From Eledone cirrhosa (lineage: Eukaryota): a DNA stretch of 64,000 bases. The notes under the pieces are model-generated. The model was given only the letters and a program-made list of their open reading frames with translations, was not told the origin of the DNA and did no database searches. This document shows, piece after piece, positions 1 to 10,892 of this stretch (position 1 is the stretch's first letter; each line of letters opens with the position of its first letter). The position numbers and the translations under genes were made by a program. The stretch spans positions 145,142,001 to 145,206,000 of the forward strand of contig OZ024743.1 of assembly GCA_964016885.1 (NCBI GenBank). The letters are read 5' to 3'.

Positions 1-617
1 AGTCCGTCATCAGTGATCTTCCAACCGTCATTGGTATTTCTTCGCATTAAAGATCATATACCTCTGGCTGGTGCGAGCAATAACTAAACAAAGTTATTGG
101 GACACGTAAAATAGGGTGAAGCTCGCACCAGCCATTTTTCATATACATATTTATATGTTTCCCTCCGCTGTGACCCGTCTGTTTCGTTCTTACTGCTTCC
201 CCTTTCTCTGTATCTCTCACCTTCATTTTACCCCTTCTGCCAGTCAATCTCTCTCAGCTGGCCTCTTCCTCACACTTTCACTCACTCACTCTCTGCTACT
301 CCTCCTCTCTCACTTCCTCCCGCTTGACATGTGTGAAATCCTTTTCTCGCTTACATCTCACTCGGCTCGGACGGTCTGTATCTCTCCTCGTCTATGATTT
401 GATCGAACTTAAGTTCACAGATATCACGGACTTGCTTCTCCTCTTCCTCTCTTTCCGTTGCATTACCATCTCTGTTTGTTTACATGTCTTGCTCGCTTCA
501 CACTATTTTACTTGGCCCAATAACCTTTTTTTAATTATTGCTCGCACCAGCCAGAGGTATATGATCTTTAATGCGAAGAAATACCAATGACGGTTGGAAG
601 ATCACTGATGACGGACT
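1..617. mobile_element. Non-coding repeat unit with an 83-bp inverted duplication of its end; related to the 62790-63425 unit (probable PLE pLTR-type element)
   Basis: 1-83 is the reverse complement of 535-617. Pyrimidine-rich interior, followed by (TA)n(TG)n. Shares 'ttattg..cacc...gaggtatatgat.tttaatgc.a.gaaata...atcactgatga.ggact' with 63285-63365. Confidence 0.6.
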
Positions 618-628
618 TATTTTATTCG

Positions 629-749
<121 letters not shown>

Positions 750-869
750 GGGGTGAGTTTTATTGTAGTACAATAAAGCAATGCAAATATTGGATAAGTA
801 GCACTCTACAGTTTGTAGGACTGGAGTATAAATAATATAAGATCAAAAGATGGTTAAAAGAGTTCCAAG

Positions 870-940
870 TATTTTATTATGCGCATTTCAAAAACAAATA
901 TCATCATGAGATGATATCTGCGTTTTCATCAGATAAAATA
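870..940 (-). ncRNA. Type I hammerhead ribozyme motif (mirror copy of 1056-1126)
   Basis: Reverse complement of the 1056-1126 motif. Confidence 0.8.
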
Positions 941-1055
941 TGGATACATGATATGAAGGTTAAAGAACACTTGTGAATAGTGAAGTTGATTTAAATATGT
1001 TGATTTAAAACTTCACTATTCACAGGTGTTTTTTAACCTTCATATCATGTATCCC

Positions 1056-1126
1056 TATTTTATCTGATGAAAACGCAGATATCATCTCATGATGATATTT
1101 GTTTTTGAAATGCGCATAATAAAATA
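1056..1126 (+). ncRNA. Type I hammerhead ribozyme motif
   Basis: tattttat-CTGATGA-aaacgcagatatcatc/tcat/gatgatatttgttttt-GAAA-tgcgca-TA-ataaaata. Perfect 8-bp stem I, long stem II, palindromic loop III. Confidence 0.85.
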
Positions 1127-1156
1127 CTTGGAACTCTTTTAACCATCTTTTGATCT

Positions 1157-1200
<44 letters not shown>

Positions 1201-1265
1201 CTACCGGGTAGATATAGACAGGGTTTCCTCAACATAGTTCCGTGGTTCCGATATTGTAGATTTGG

Positions 1266-2770
1266 ATGGAGGGTGAAAACTCCACTATTCAGGTGTGGCG
1301 CCAGAAATTACTGAACAGGCGAGAGTGGGGATGCTCACAAGCCCCCAGCTTTCAGAATGTTATGGACTGGATCCCATTAGAAGGGAGGATTTGCCTCATG
1401 AAGCTTAAGCTGAAATACTTTGTGGCGGATGCAAGTTTATGCCCCAAATAAGGAGTCCAAATACAGGTCCTTACTTGATGAAGTCACTGAGGCGTTAGAT
1501 GTAGTTACGGCTGAGTCATATATCCTGGTGGGAGACTTCAATGCAGATGTTAGTACTGACCACCTGATATGAAAAGGAGTGATTGGAAGGAATGGCGACC
1601 CCGATCTAAATACGAATGGAGAGGCCTTGTTAGACTTCTGTTCTAGCAATGGACTCTCTGTTATGAACACCTTTCAGCTCAGATACATCCATAAATATAC
1701 ATGGTATAATGGGAATCAGGAACAGAGATCAATAATTGATTTTATTATTGTCTCTGATCACTTTGATTCTCTGCTGGATGTTCGTGTTAGGAAAGGGGCT
1801 GAGCTGTCAACTGATCACCATCTAGTTATCTGTAACTTGAGACTACTTAAAGCCAAAGAAGTCCACAAAACTGGCAATTCCAGGGCGACCTACAGGATAA
1901 AGTGGGACGCGTTGGTAGATAAGGAAGTTAGGTATGTAGATAATATTGCATCCAAATTCAGAGAAACTCCCTGAGCAAACCGAGGACGTTCAGACAAAGT
2001 GGAGATTGTTCAGCTCAGCAGTTTCTACTTCAGCTCTTTAATGCTGCGGGCGAAAGAGGCTTGGTGTGGCGACTGAGGGTAGGAAGACCCCTTGGTTCAA
2101 TCGATCCTAAACATGGCAATCGGGGTGATAATCCCAATTTTCGAAAAGGGAGACAAGAGGGATCGTTCCAATTACAGAGGGATCTCCTGGTTAAGCCTCC
2201 CCGGTAAGGTCTATGCTAAGTGTCTGGCAAGGAGATGTGGGGAGATTGTCGAGTCCAAACTAGCTGATGAACAATGCGGTTGTCGTCTCGGACACAGCAC
2301 AGCCGACCAAATATTCACACTGCAGCAGGTCTTCGAGAAATCGTGAGAGTATTACCAAGAGGTATATTCTTGTTTTGTAGACCTCGAAAAGGCATATGAC
2401 TGTGTTCCTTGGGACCGGCTGTGGAATTGTGTACAGGAATAAGGAATAGATAGTCAACTCCTTGATTGACATGCGCAGACAGGTTGGAACTGGTATCACG
2501 ACTGGCGGGTGTAAAATCAGTTGGCTGGAATTTGCAGATGATATGGTGTTACTTAATTCGTCAGAAGGTGATCTCCGACTTGTACTTGATAGATTTGATG
2601 CCGAGTGCTGCACGGCTGGAATAAAAATCAGTGCTGTGGAAACTAAGGCACTCGTCCTCTCAAGGAAGCCTGCGCAGTGCACGTTACATCTGCATTGAGT
2701 TGTACTGAAGCGGGTGAAGAAGTTCAAGTATCTTGGGGCCGTGTTTACGAGTGATGGAAGGCAGGTGGCT
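1266..2770 (+). mobile_element. Decayed RTE-type LINE fragment (APE endonuclease + RT pieces)
   Basis: EN motifs GDFNA, SIIDFIIV, STDHHLV. RT motifs IPIFEKGD..NYRGIS, DQIFTLQQ, FVDLEKAYD, LEFADD, FKYLG. Stops, frameshifts and internal deletions. Confidence 0.88.
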
Positions 2771-3499
2771 GCATGAAATCTTCCTCACATCGAAATATTA
2801 GATATAATGGAAAGATGCATTAGCTACCGTAATCCCAAATAAGCATAAGACGCCACGATAGCCATGATTGGGATACTTTGATCACAGGTCTGCTCGATCA
2901 GGGTTGTCATACAGCTTAGCAATACCAACAACTACAAGGAAGGATATAATTCTCTAAATCGACCTTAATACATATCAAGTGCTCACATTATCAAACTAGG
3001 AGTGATGAATGACAAAGTCGATGCCACTGAGATTTGGATTCAGAGCATAAAGCGATGAAACTAAATATGGAAATACATGTAATCTACCATTTCTGCTTCC
3101 TCACTGACTTTATAATTTGTTAGATAAACGTAAATTATATTGTATAATATTTATGATTCTCTCAAATACGATATAAGGTAATTCCGGACTTTGTTCAAGG
3201 AAAGCTCATAAGTTTATTTCTTTCTCTACAAGGCTCTTCGTGGAATTTTAACAACATATGTAAGAATTAAATAAGATTAACACTTGACCATACTTGTTAG
3301 AAGCGCTGACGTCAAAGCAAACTTTCGGTGGTTATTTCCTGTTTTTCTTCAACAGCTTCATTGTCGAGTTTCTCATCATTTTCTCTTACCTATTATCAGT
3401 AGCATAGACAAACGACAAAATCTTGCGAGTTTTCGTTTATGTTATTTTCTTCGTGATATTCATCACTTTCATCATCATAGCAACAACAACAACAACAAT

Positions 3500-3850
3500 T
3501 ATGATTTTTACTTCCTGCACAAAAACAGCAATTTAAGGGGTAGAGAAGTCGAATAAATCTATTCCAGTTGATTGACTGGCCTTGTGCCAAAAGTAGAAAC
3601 AATTATATTTTATTCAAATCCCGCCGAGGTTAGCTTTGCCTTTCATCCTTACAGGGTCGATAAAATAAAGCACCAGTAATGCACTGGGGTAGATTTAATC
3701 GACTTCCCCCTCCCCCAAAATTTCTCGCCTTGTGCCTATAGTAGAAATCATTATATTTTATCGACCCTGAAAGGATGACAGGCAAAGTTGACCTGAGAAA
3801 GTAAAGACCCGAAACAAATATTGCAAAGTCCGACGCTCTAATAATTCTAC
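3500..3850. mobile_element. Cluster of SINE family A fragments in both orientations
   Basis: ttcaaatcccgccgaggttagctttgcctttcatcctt...gtcgataaaataa at 3613-3754 (+); reverse copy 3755-3848; tail fragment 3576-3606. Confidence 0.8.
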
Positions 3851-4659
3851 TAGTACACCAACCTAACAACAAAGGTCCATCCGTACGCACAAGAGTTTTT
3901 TCTTTTTTTACAAAAGTGTTAAAGCATGCGAGGATATATATTTATAAAAAAAATTTCAGAAAAGAATAAAGTATACAATATTATGCATAATTAAGTGAAA
4001 TATAGCATTGTTAAATCCGTTTGGTCACTATTATGTAGACTATGTGGAATGAAAGGAGAGACTGTCAGCCACATTGTAAGAGAATACAAGCTAACACAAA
4101 TAGAGGTGAGATAACATTGCCGCCATCTTGCACTAGAAGTTATGTGGGAAATATAAGCTAAGCAGAACAAAAGAAATTATCTGTCTAGTAATACTAGAAC
4201 AGAAGCTGCTGCTAATGCTTTTCTTAGTATTGCACAGGATAATATTGTTAATGCTGTTGTTGTTAGTACTATTGATTACGTTGTGAAAATATGACTTTTT
4301 TCTTGTATAAAATTGTGACGGCTTGTACTTGCGAGGAATGGCACATAGGACACATGGTCAACATCATTGTTGTTTAAGCGAACAATGTCAGGAATTAACC
4401 CCTGCTGCCAAACTCCTTCTAACACCACAGCCCTCCACCAACAGCCATAGTTTACAAGGTTGAACAAAAAGTAGAAAATCATATAATCTCTCTGTATGTC
4501 TCAATGAATCTACATCAAACAATCTGCAACGATCCAATGAGGGGATCTTATATGTAGTTGATCAACCTGCAAGAAATATCAGTTAAATCTCTCTTAAATT
4601 TAACTCTAACTTAATTGTTAATGTAATTGGAAATAAAACTATGTCTGAATAAAGACTAA

Positions 4660-4800
4660 AGCAGCGAACTGGCCGTCCAAAAGAATGCTTTATCGTATTT
4701 ATTCCAGTTCACCGCGCTCTGAGTTCAAATTCCGTCTAGGTCAACTTTGCTTTCTATCCTATCGGTGTCATGAAAATAAAGTACCAGTTAAACATTGGAA
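4660..4800 (+). mobile_element. SINE family A, diverged
   Basis: ctgagttcaaattccg...aggtcaactttgctttctatcct...aaaataaagtaccag. Confidence 0.7.
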
Positions 4801-4986
4801 TAAATTCCTCTCCCTCTCTCCCACACCTTCTCTCTCGTTCTCTCGCTTACTGGGTCGGCTGCGTTGCAATCTAAGAAGGGTCCTGGTGTACCACTCTCCA
4901 TAAGTGGTGAAGGGTTGAGAGGGTATGATATACTACTAGAAATGTTTCTCTGGATGTTAATTCATCTAATTATTAGAGACTAATTT

Positions 4987-5150
4987 GAGGGCGTTGGATT
5001 AGCAGTATAGGTAAAGAGTTATGACCCTTTACGTTCTGAGTTCAAATCCCGCCGAGGTTAGCTTTGCCTTTCATCCTTATGGGGTCGATAAAATAAGGCA
5101 CCAGTAATGCACTGGGGTCAATTTAATCAACTTTTCCATCTCCCCAAATT
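4987..5150 (+). mobile_element. SINE family A (tRNA-derived head with B-box-like gagttcaaatccc)
   Basis: Matches the copies at 23.1k, 25.3k, 47.7k, 51.3k and 60k. Confidence 0.85.
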
Positions 5151-5361
5151 CAAAGTTTCCAAACTAACAAACTCAATTTTTGGACATTTTACTTCAGTTT
5201 GGACATTTTAAACAATTACATCGAAAGTAGTCTTAAGATTTCAAATACAAATACGAGAAGTCAATATTTGAACTATTAATAAGAGAAATCAATACTTCAC
5301 ATAACTTGAAAGATCGATATTCAAGCTACGAGAAAAAAAGCAGAAAAGGTAGGATACCGGA

Positions 5362-5478
5362 TTAAAATGCGTTCCGCCAATAGCTGGGGATTTAACCCTG
5401 CAATGGATTGGCGTCATGTCCAGAGGGAAGTCTTGTACTTTCATTTGCTTCACGCCATGGATACCGAGATGTGCTATG
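5362..5478 (+). mobile_element. SINE family B, 3' fragment
   Basis: aatagctgggga tttaaccctgcaatggattggcgtcatgtccagagggaagtcttgtac...gcttcacgccatg aligns to 59080-59165. Confidence 0.75.
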
Positions 5479-6579
5479 ACCATGGATTCTTGTAGACATC
5501 GCCAGAATTCAACATTCAGAACTATATATAATTTATAATTATACTTATAATATTTCTACTTATTTCCATAACAATCTCATCCACTTGGTTTTAATATATT
5601 GATATCTCTAAATCATAATATCTATAACATTTGCTGTAATTCCACATCTTAAAGTTTCATAAAACATATACGTATATAATTCTAATCTTTTTTTAAAATT
5701 AAAATTTTAATTAAAAAATTAAAATTTTAATTTTAATTTTAATTTTAATAATTTTTATTTCTTTATTTTTATTTCTTTAATTTTTATTTCTTTAAAAATT
5801 ACCTATCTCTCATAAATTATTTATTTTTTTAATTTTCTCAAATTTTTCAATATTTTTTCAATACTTTTTCAATATTTTTTCAATACTTTATCAATATTTT
5901 TTCAATATTTTTCAATAGATTTATAACCACTAACTGATTCTGGCTAAATGTATCTTTCAACATCTATACCTATTTTGACTAAATAAATTAAATAAATTAA
6001 ACCGGAGTTTATTTCCGTATCTTCCCATTTTAAATCATATAAATATAAATATAAATATTCTTATTAATTCAGTTAATTTAATTAACTTAATATTTATTTA
6101 CATTAAATAAAAAACCAATATCCCTCATAACTCATTAGAACAATTATCTATAACATGATATACCCATCTATTTATTTATTTATTTATTTATTTATGTATT
6201 TATTTATTTATTTATCTACTTATAACGGAAGAAACATATTATATTATAAACAAAATTTAAACAAAATTTAAACAACTAATAATCGTAAATACACGTACTA
6301 ATAAGATATATACTTAGAATATATTTCCCTCAAATTAACGTTATATGAGCTTTTATTCATCTTCTCTTGTTTCTTTCTTCTCTCTTTCTCTCGCACTATT
6401 TTATCCTTCTCCTCTTATCTCTCTCTCTCTCTCTCCATAATCGTTTAAATAAACGGTTGTTTTTCAATTATTTACATATTCATTTGCATATTCACACATA
6501 AGTTTGAAAAATCCCAGTGAATATCCAACCGATAAGGTATGATTTTCATGGGTATGTCTCTATTTATAAACAAACTTTG

Positions 6580-6642
6580 TATTTTATCCGATGAAAGCGT
6601 ACCAATGTGTCTTGGTACCCTTGAAATATATATAATAAAATA
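6580..6642 (+). ncRNA. Hammerhead motif, core variant (CCGATGA), family H1
   Basis: tattttat-CCGATGA-aagcgtaccaa/tgtgtc/ttggtaccctt-GAAA-tatata-TA-ataaaata. Followed by a ~140-nt tail homologous to 13708-13838, then (TA)n. Confidence 0.7.
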
Positions 6643-6759
6643 AATATGGTTTTATAAATATAGTTTCCATTTATTTAATATCATTGAATATTTATTCCAG
6701 TAAACTGTTGAGTGCTCTAAATCAGTTATAAACATTTATATTTGTTGGACTTCCAACAA

Positions 6760-7245
<486 letters not shown>

Positions 7246-7295
7246 TTTAAGCTCTATGACGAATTAATAAATTAAAATAAAAAAAATCAGAGCAT

Positions 7296-7545
7296 TATAT
7301 CATAAATCATGTCTTTAGAATCATCAGATATTAAAATATATACTATTTCTTCTTCTAATTAGCATAATTAACCATATACAAAACCAATACTAGCAAGCTA
7401 TAAGAATAAATTCTCTTATGGGGAAATCTCCGACAAATAATCGATCGTAGCCTCTTCGCGGCGGCCCCGTTTTATTATTTATCCAACATTAGAAATAGTA
7501 TATATTTTAATATCTGATGATTCTAAAGACATGATTTATGATATA
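7296..7545. repeat. ~55-bp inverted repeat pair containing CTGATGA
   Basis: 7296-7350 is the reverse complement of 7491-7545; no downstream GAAA core seen. Confidence 0.8.
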
Positions 7546-8158
7546 TAAATATATATATATATATATGTATATGTATATATACATTATGGACCAACCAAGC
7601 GCTCTTGCCATAATAACACATTTTGAACTGCTTATCCTCAAGAACTATGCCTGTAAATAATATTATTCTTTCTTTCCCATTACCTTATCATGTTCCACAC
7701 ACACACCCCACACTTTTGTTTTCTTTTTACTTTAAAAACCTTGTTTGTAAATAATATTATTCTTTCTTTCCCATTTCCTTAACATGTTCAACATCACATT
7801 ATTTTCTCTCCAACATTTTATACCAATATAAATTCTCCACTTTGATAATGCATAAAATGCTGAAACCGGTAATAGACAATTATTAAATATATAAATAAAT
7901 AAATGAATAAATGAATAAATGCTATTGTTAATTAATAAATAAATTAACTAATACCTTAACACTTCACACAAAGTAAAATATTTTGTTTTAAACATTTTCT
8001 AACCCAGAAGAAAGAGAAGAAATTAAAAGGAAAAAAATATTTTTTTCTTCCTAATAATCGTCTTTTTCTCCCTATATTCATATATATATATTCATATATA
8101 TATATATATATATATATACAATATTAATAAATGGAAACTATATTTATAAAACCATATT

Positions 8159-8223
8159 TATTTCATTATATATATTTCAAGGATACCAAGTTAAATCATG
8201 GTATGCCTTCATCAGACAAAATA
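8159..8223 (-). ncRNA. Type I hammerhead ribozyme motif, family H1
   Basis: Reverse complement: tattttgt-CTGATGA-aggcataccatg...ttggtatcctt-GAAA-tatata-TA-atgaaata. The unit runs into (TA)n at ~8118. Confidence 0.8.
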
Positions 8224-8597
8224 CAATATATAACAGTTTTACAAATAGATATTGACGTACCCTTTCAAAAAGGGGACCGTTGTTTTTGGAGGCCATCCGG
8301 ATAGTGGTTTGTTTACTTTAGTAAGTCATAGTGTTAAGAGTAAGTAAAAAGATGGAGAGAGAGAGATAGAAACGTGGAGAAAAGAAAGGGAAAGATAGAT
8401 AAAGAAAAAGAAGAAAGCAAAAAGAAAAGAGAACAGAGGGAAAATAACGGGGAGATATCAAAACATCAGACAGAGAAAGAACTCAAGAGAGAGATATGCA
8501 GAGATAGAGAGAGGGGGGAGAGAACGAAAACCTTAAGTTGTGTTATATTAAGTTGAGTTAACAATTGAGATGAAACTTAATATAACATAACTTAGAG

Positions 8598-8676
8598 ATG
8601 GTGGTGATGGTAGTGGTGGTGGTGCTGGTGGTGGTGGTCGTGATCGTGGTGGTGGAGGTGGTGGTTATGATGACGG

Positions 8677-8710
<34 letters not shown>

Positions 8711-8737
8711 CGTGGTGGTGGTCATGATGATGGTGAC
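8598..8737. repeat. (GGT)n/(GAT)n trinucleotide tract
   Basis: Seen directly in the sequence. Confidence 0.9.
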
Positions 8738-9215
8738 ATGCATATTTAAATCAAATTATCGCTTTAAAATACCTTTTAAATGTATTTTAGACAAGCATTA
8801 GACTTTCAAAGCCGACAGTCAATACTTTATTCTCTTATATATATTTTAATATCTACAGCCAAATATACTATCTCAGTAAAACTTTCAAGTAAAAACATTT
8901 AATATACCAATACTCTGAACTAGGTAATATTCCTGACTTGTTTATACCTTTGGTTGAGAGAGTTCGATTCAACATTAATTTTACATACACACAGACGCAC
9001 ACACACACACAGAGACACACACACTCACACAGAGACACACACAGACACACAGACACACAGACACACACACACACTCACACACACTCACACACACACAGAC
9101 ACACTCACACAGACACACGCACACATACACACACACGCACACAAATATATATATATATATATGTATATAAAATAACAGGAGGATGGGACTGGTGTAAATC
9201 CTTTAAAAGTTTATT

Positions 9216-9273
9216 ATACTATGATCATTTCAATGACCGGGTTCCGTATGAATCCGATGATATCATCAGGTAT
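9216..9273 (-). ncRNA. Hammerhead motif, family H2
   Basis: Reverse complement: atac-CTGATGA-tatcatcggattcatacggaacccggtcatt-GAAA-tgatca-TA-gtat; palindromic loop III. Confidence 0.72.
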
Positions 9274-9337
9274 TCGAAATATAACAAAGGAATATATAAA
9301 ATCCATTGATTTTATATATTCCTTTGTTATATTTCGA

Positions 9338-9395
9338 ATACTTGATGATATCACGGGATTCATACGGAACCCGGTCATTGAAATGATCATAGTAT
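9338..9395 (+). ncRNA. Hammerhead motif, family H2 (core C>T: TTGATGA)
   Basis: atac-TTGATGA-tatcacgggattcatacggaacccggtcatt-GAAA-tgatca-TA-gtat. Confidence 0.62.
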
Positions 9396-9590
9396 AATAA
9401 ACTTTTCAAGGATTTACACCAGTCCAGCCTCCTGTTATTTTATTTGTAATAATTAACACCGTATTAGCACCACCAACAACACAAACGAAGACGGGCGAAC
9501 TGCCCTACGTTGAGTACTCTCCATAATATTACATCAAGATTGACCATACGGAATGACCAATTCTATCCAGTGGGAAACCAACAAACCTAA

Positions 9591-9657
<67 letters not shown>

Positions 9658-9661
<4 letters not shown>

Positions 9662-9722
9662 AACAAGTAAGACCCCGACGGCTGAGCTCAAGCCGTTTCG
9701 TCGGGGTCTTATTTGTTCCTAT
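9658..9722. repeat. Near-perfect hairpin between (TA)n tracts
   Basis: taggaacaagtaagaccccgac ... gtcggggtcttatttgttccta. Confidence 0.88.
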
Positions 9723-9799
9723 TACCCACTCTACTACCCTAAGTATTGAGTACTTTGGTGCGTTATGGTCCACCTGGTTCCTAACCACATTTCCTTCGT

Positions 9800-9927
<128 letters not shown>

Positions 9928-10013
9928 TGATGGTAGCTAAGATGCTTCCATAGGCGGTATGCCGTTTGAGCACTCTATGCCCTTACAGAGCAGAGTATGA
10001 TATAATATAAAAC

Positions 10014-10312
10014 GAAAAATCAGTGATGCATCTGAACTCAATTTATTGTGTGTTACAATTGTTTCGCCGGCGGACAGCTCGAGACACGATCATTGTGTGG
10101 ATCTGTCTGATTCTGGACCCGCAGGTTCGACGGACACGTCTAATGATTTCGGAGCATATTCTCTCACTATGCTCCGAAATCATTAGACGTGTCCGTCGAA
10201 CCTGCAGGTCCAGAATCAAACAGATCCACACAATGATCGTGTCTCGAGCTGTCCGCCGGCGAAACAATTGTAACACACAGTAAATTGAGTTCAGATGCAT
10301 CACTGATTTTTC
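10014..10312. repeat. GC-richer fold-back palindrome (~145-bp arms, 9-nt loop)
   Basis: Centre gagcata-ttctctcac-tatgctc. Mirror ORFs 10023-10283(+) and 10043-10303(-) are near-identical. A few arm mismatches. Confidence 0.95.
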
Positions 10313-10326
10313 CTTGTATATTATAT

Positions 10327-10415
<89 letters not shown>

Positions 10416-10423
<8 letters not shown>

Positions 10424-10494
10424 GTAATAAACAACATAAGGCAATTATTCCATTCAAATGGAATAATGCCTTATGTTGTTTATTACATAAATAT
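10416..10494. repeat. Short palindrome at the truncated 5' end of an element homologous to 59620-59715
   Basis: atatttatgtaataaacaacataaggca...tgccttatgttgtttattacataaatat, then taagctctgt..cctacatagagcactct as at 59652-59680. Confidence 0.8.
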
Positions 10495-10552
10495 TAAGCT
10501 CTGTTACCTACATAGAGCACTCTTTTTTCCTGGACTTTTCCGACGGAATTAC

Positions 10553-10624
<72 letters not shown>

Positions 10625-10892
10625 ATATATATGATATATATATACATACATCAATGTTTGCATGAAATGAATGTGTACAGACACGTACACACACACACAT
10701 ATATGTGTAAGTGAATGTATGTCTGTGTATGTTTGAGCGTGTGTGTGTTTGGGGGGGTGCGTGTGTGTGTATGGGGGGAGGGTGTGCAAAAAGCACTTCT
10801 AATTTGTCGTTGGTTTCGAGAGGCGTAAAACTTAGCTTTACAATATGAACAACATTCTACTTAGAACTATTTACATCAGCAAATTATTAAGG

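Larger units (their letters stand above)
833..1163. repeat. Fold-back palindrome (~155-bp arms, 21-nt loop) carrying a hammerhead in each arm
   Basis: 833-987 is the reverse complement of 1009-1163 with about 3 mismatches; the right end runs into (TA)n. Confidence 0.93.
9167..9442. repeat. Fold-back palindrome (~137-bp arms, 4-nt loop) with a hammerhead in each arm
   Basis: Centre aaaatc-catt-gatttt at 9298-9313; the arms differ by several substitutions and indels. Confidence 0.92.

Noticed and set aside
7842-7877. ttgataa-tgcat/aaa/atgct-GAAA-ccgg-TA as an HHR
   Set aside because: Two core mismatches and no stem I; possibly a fossil but not supportable.
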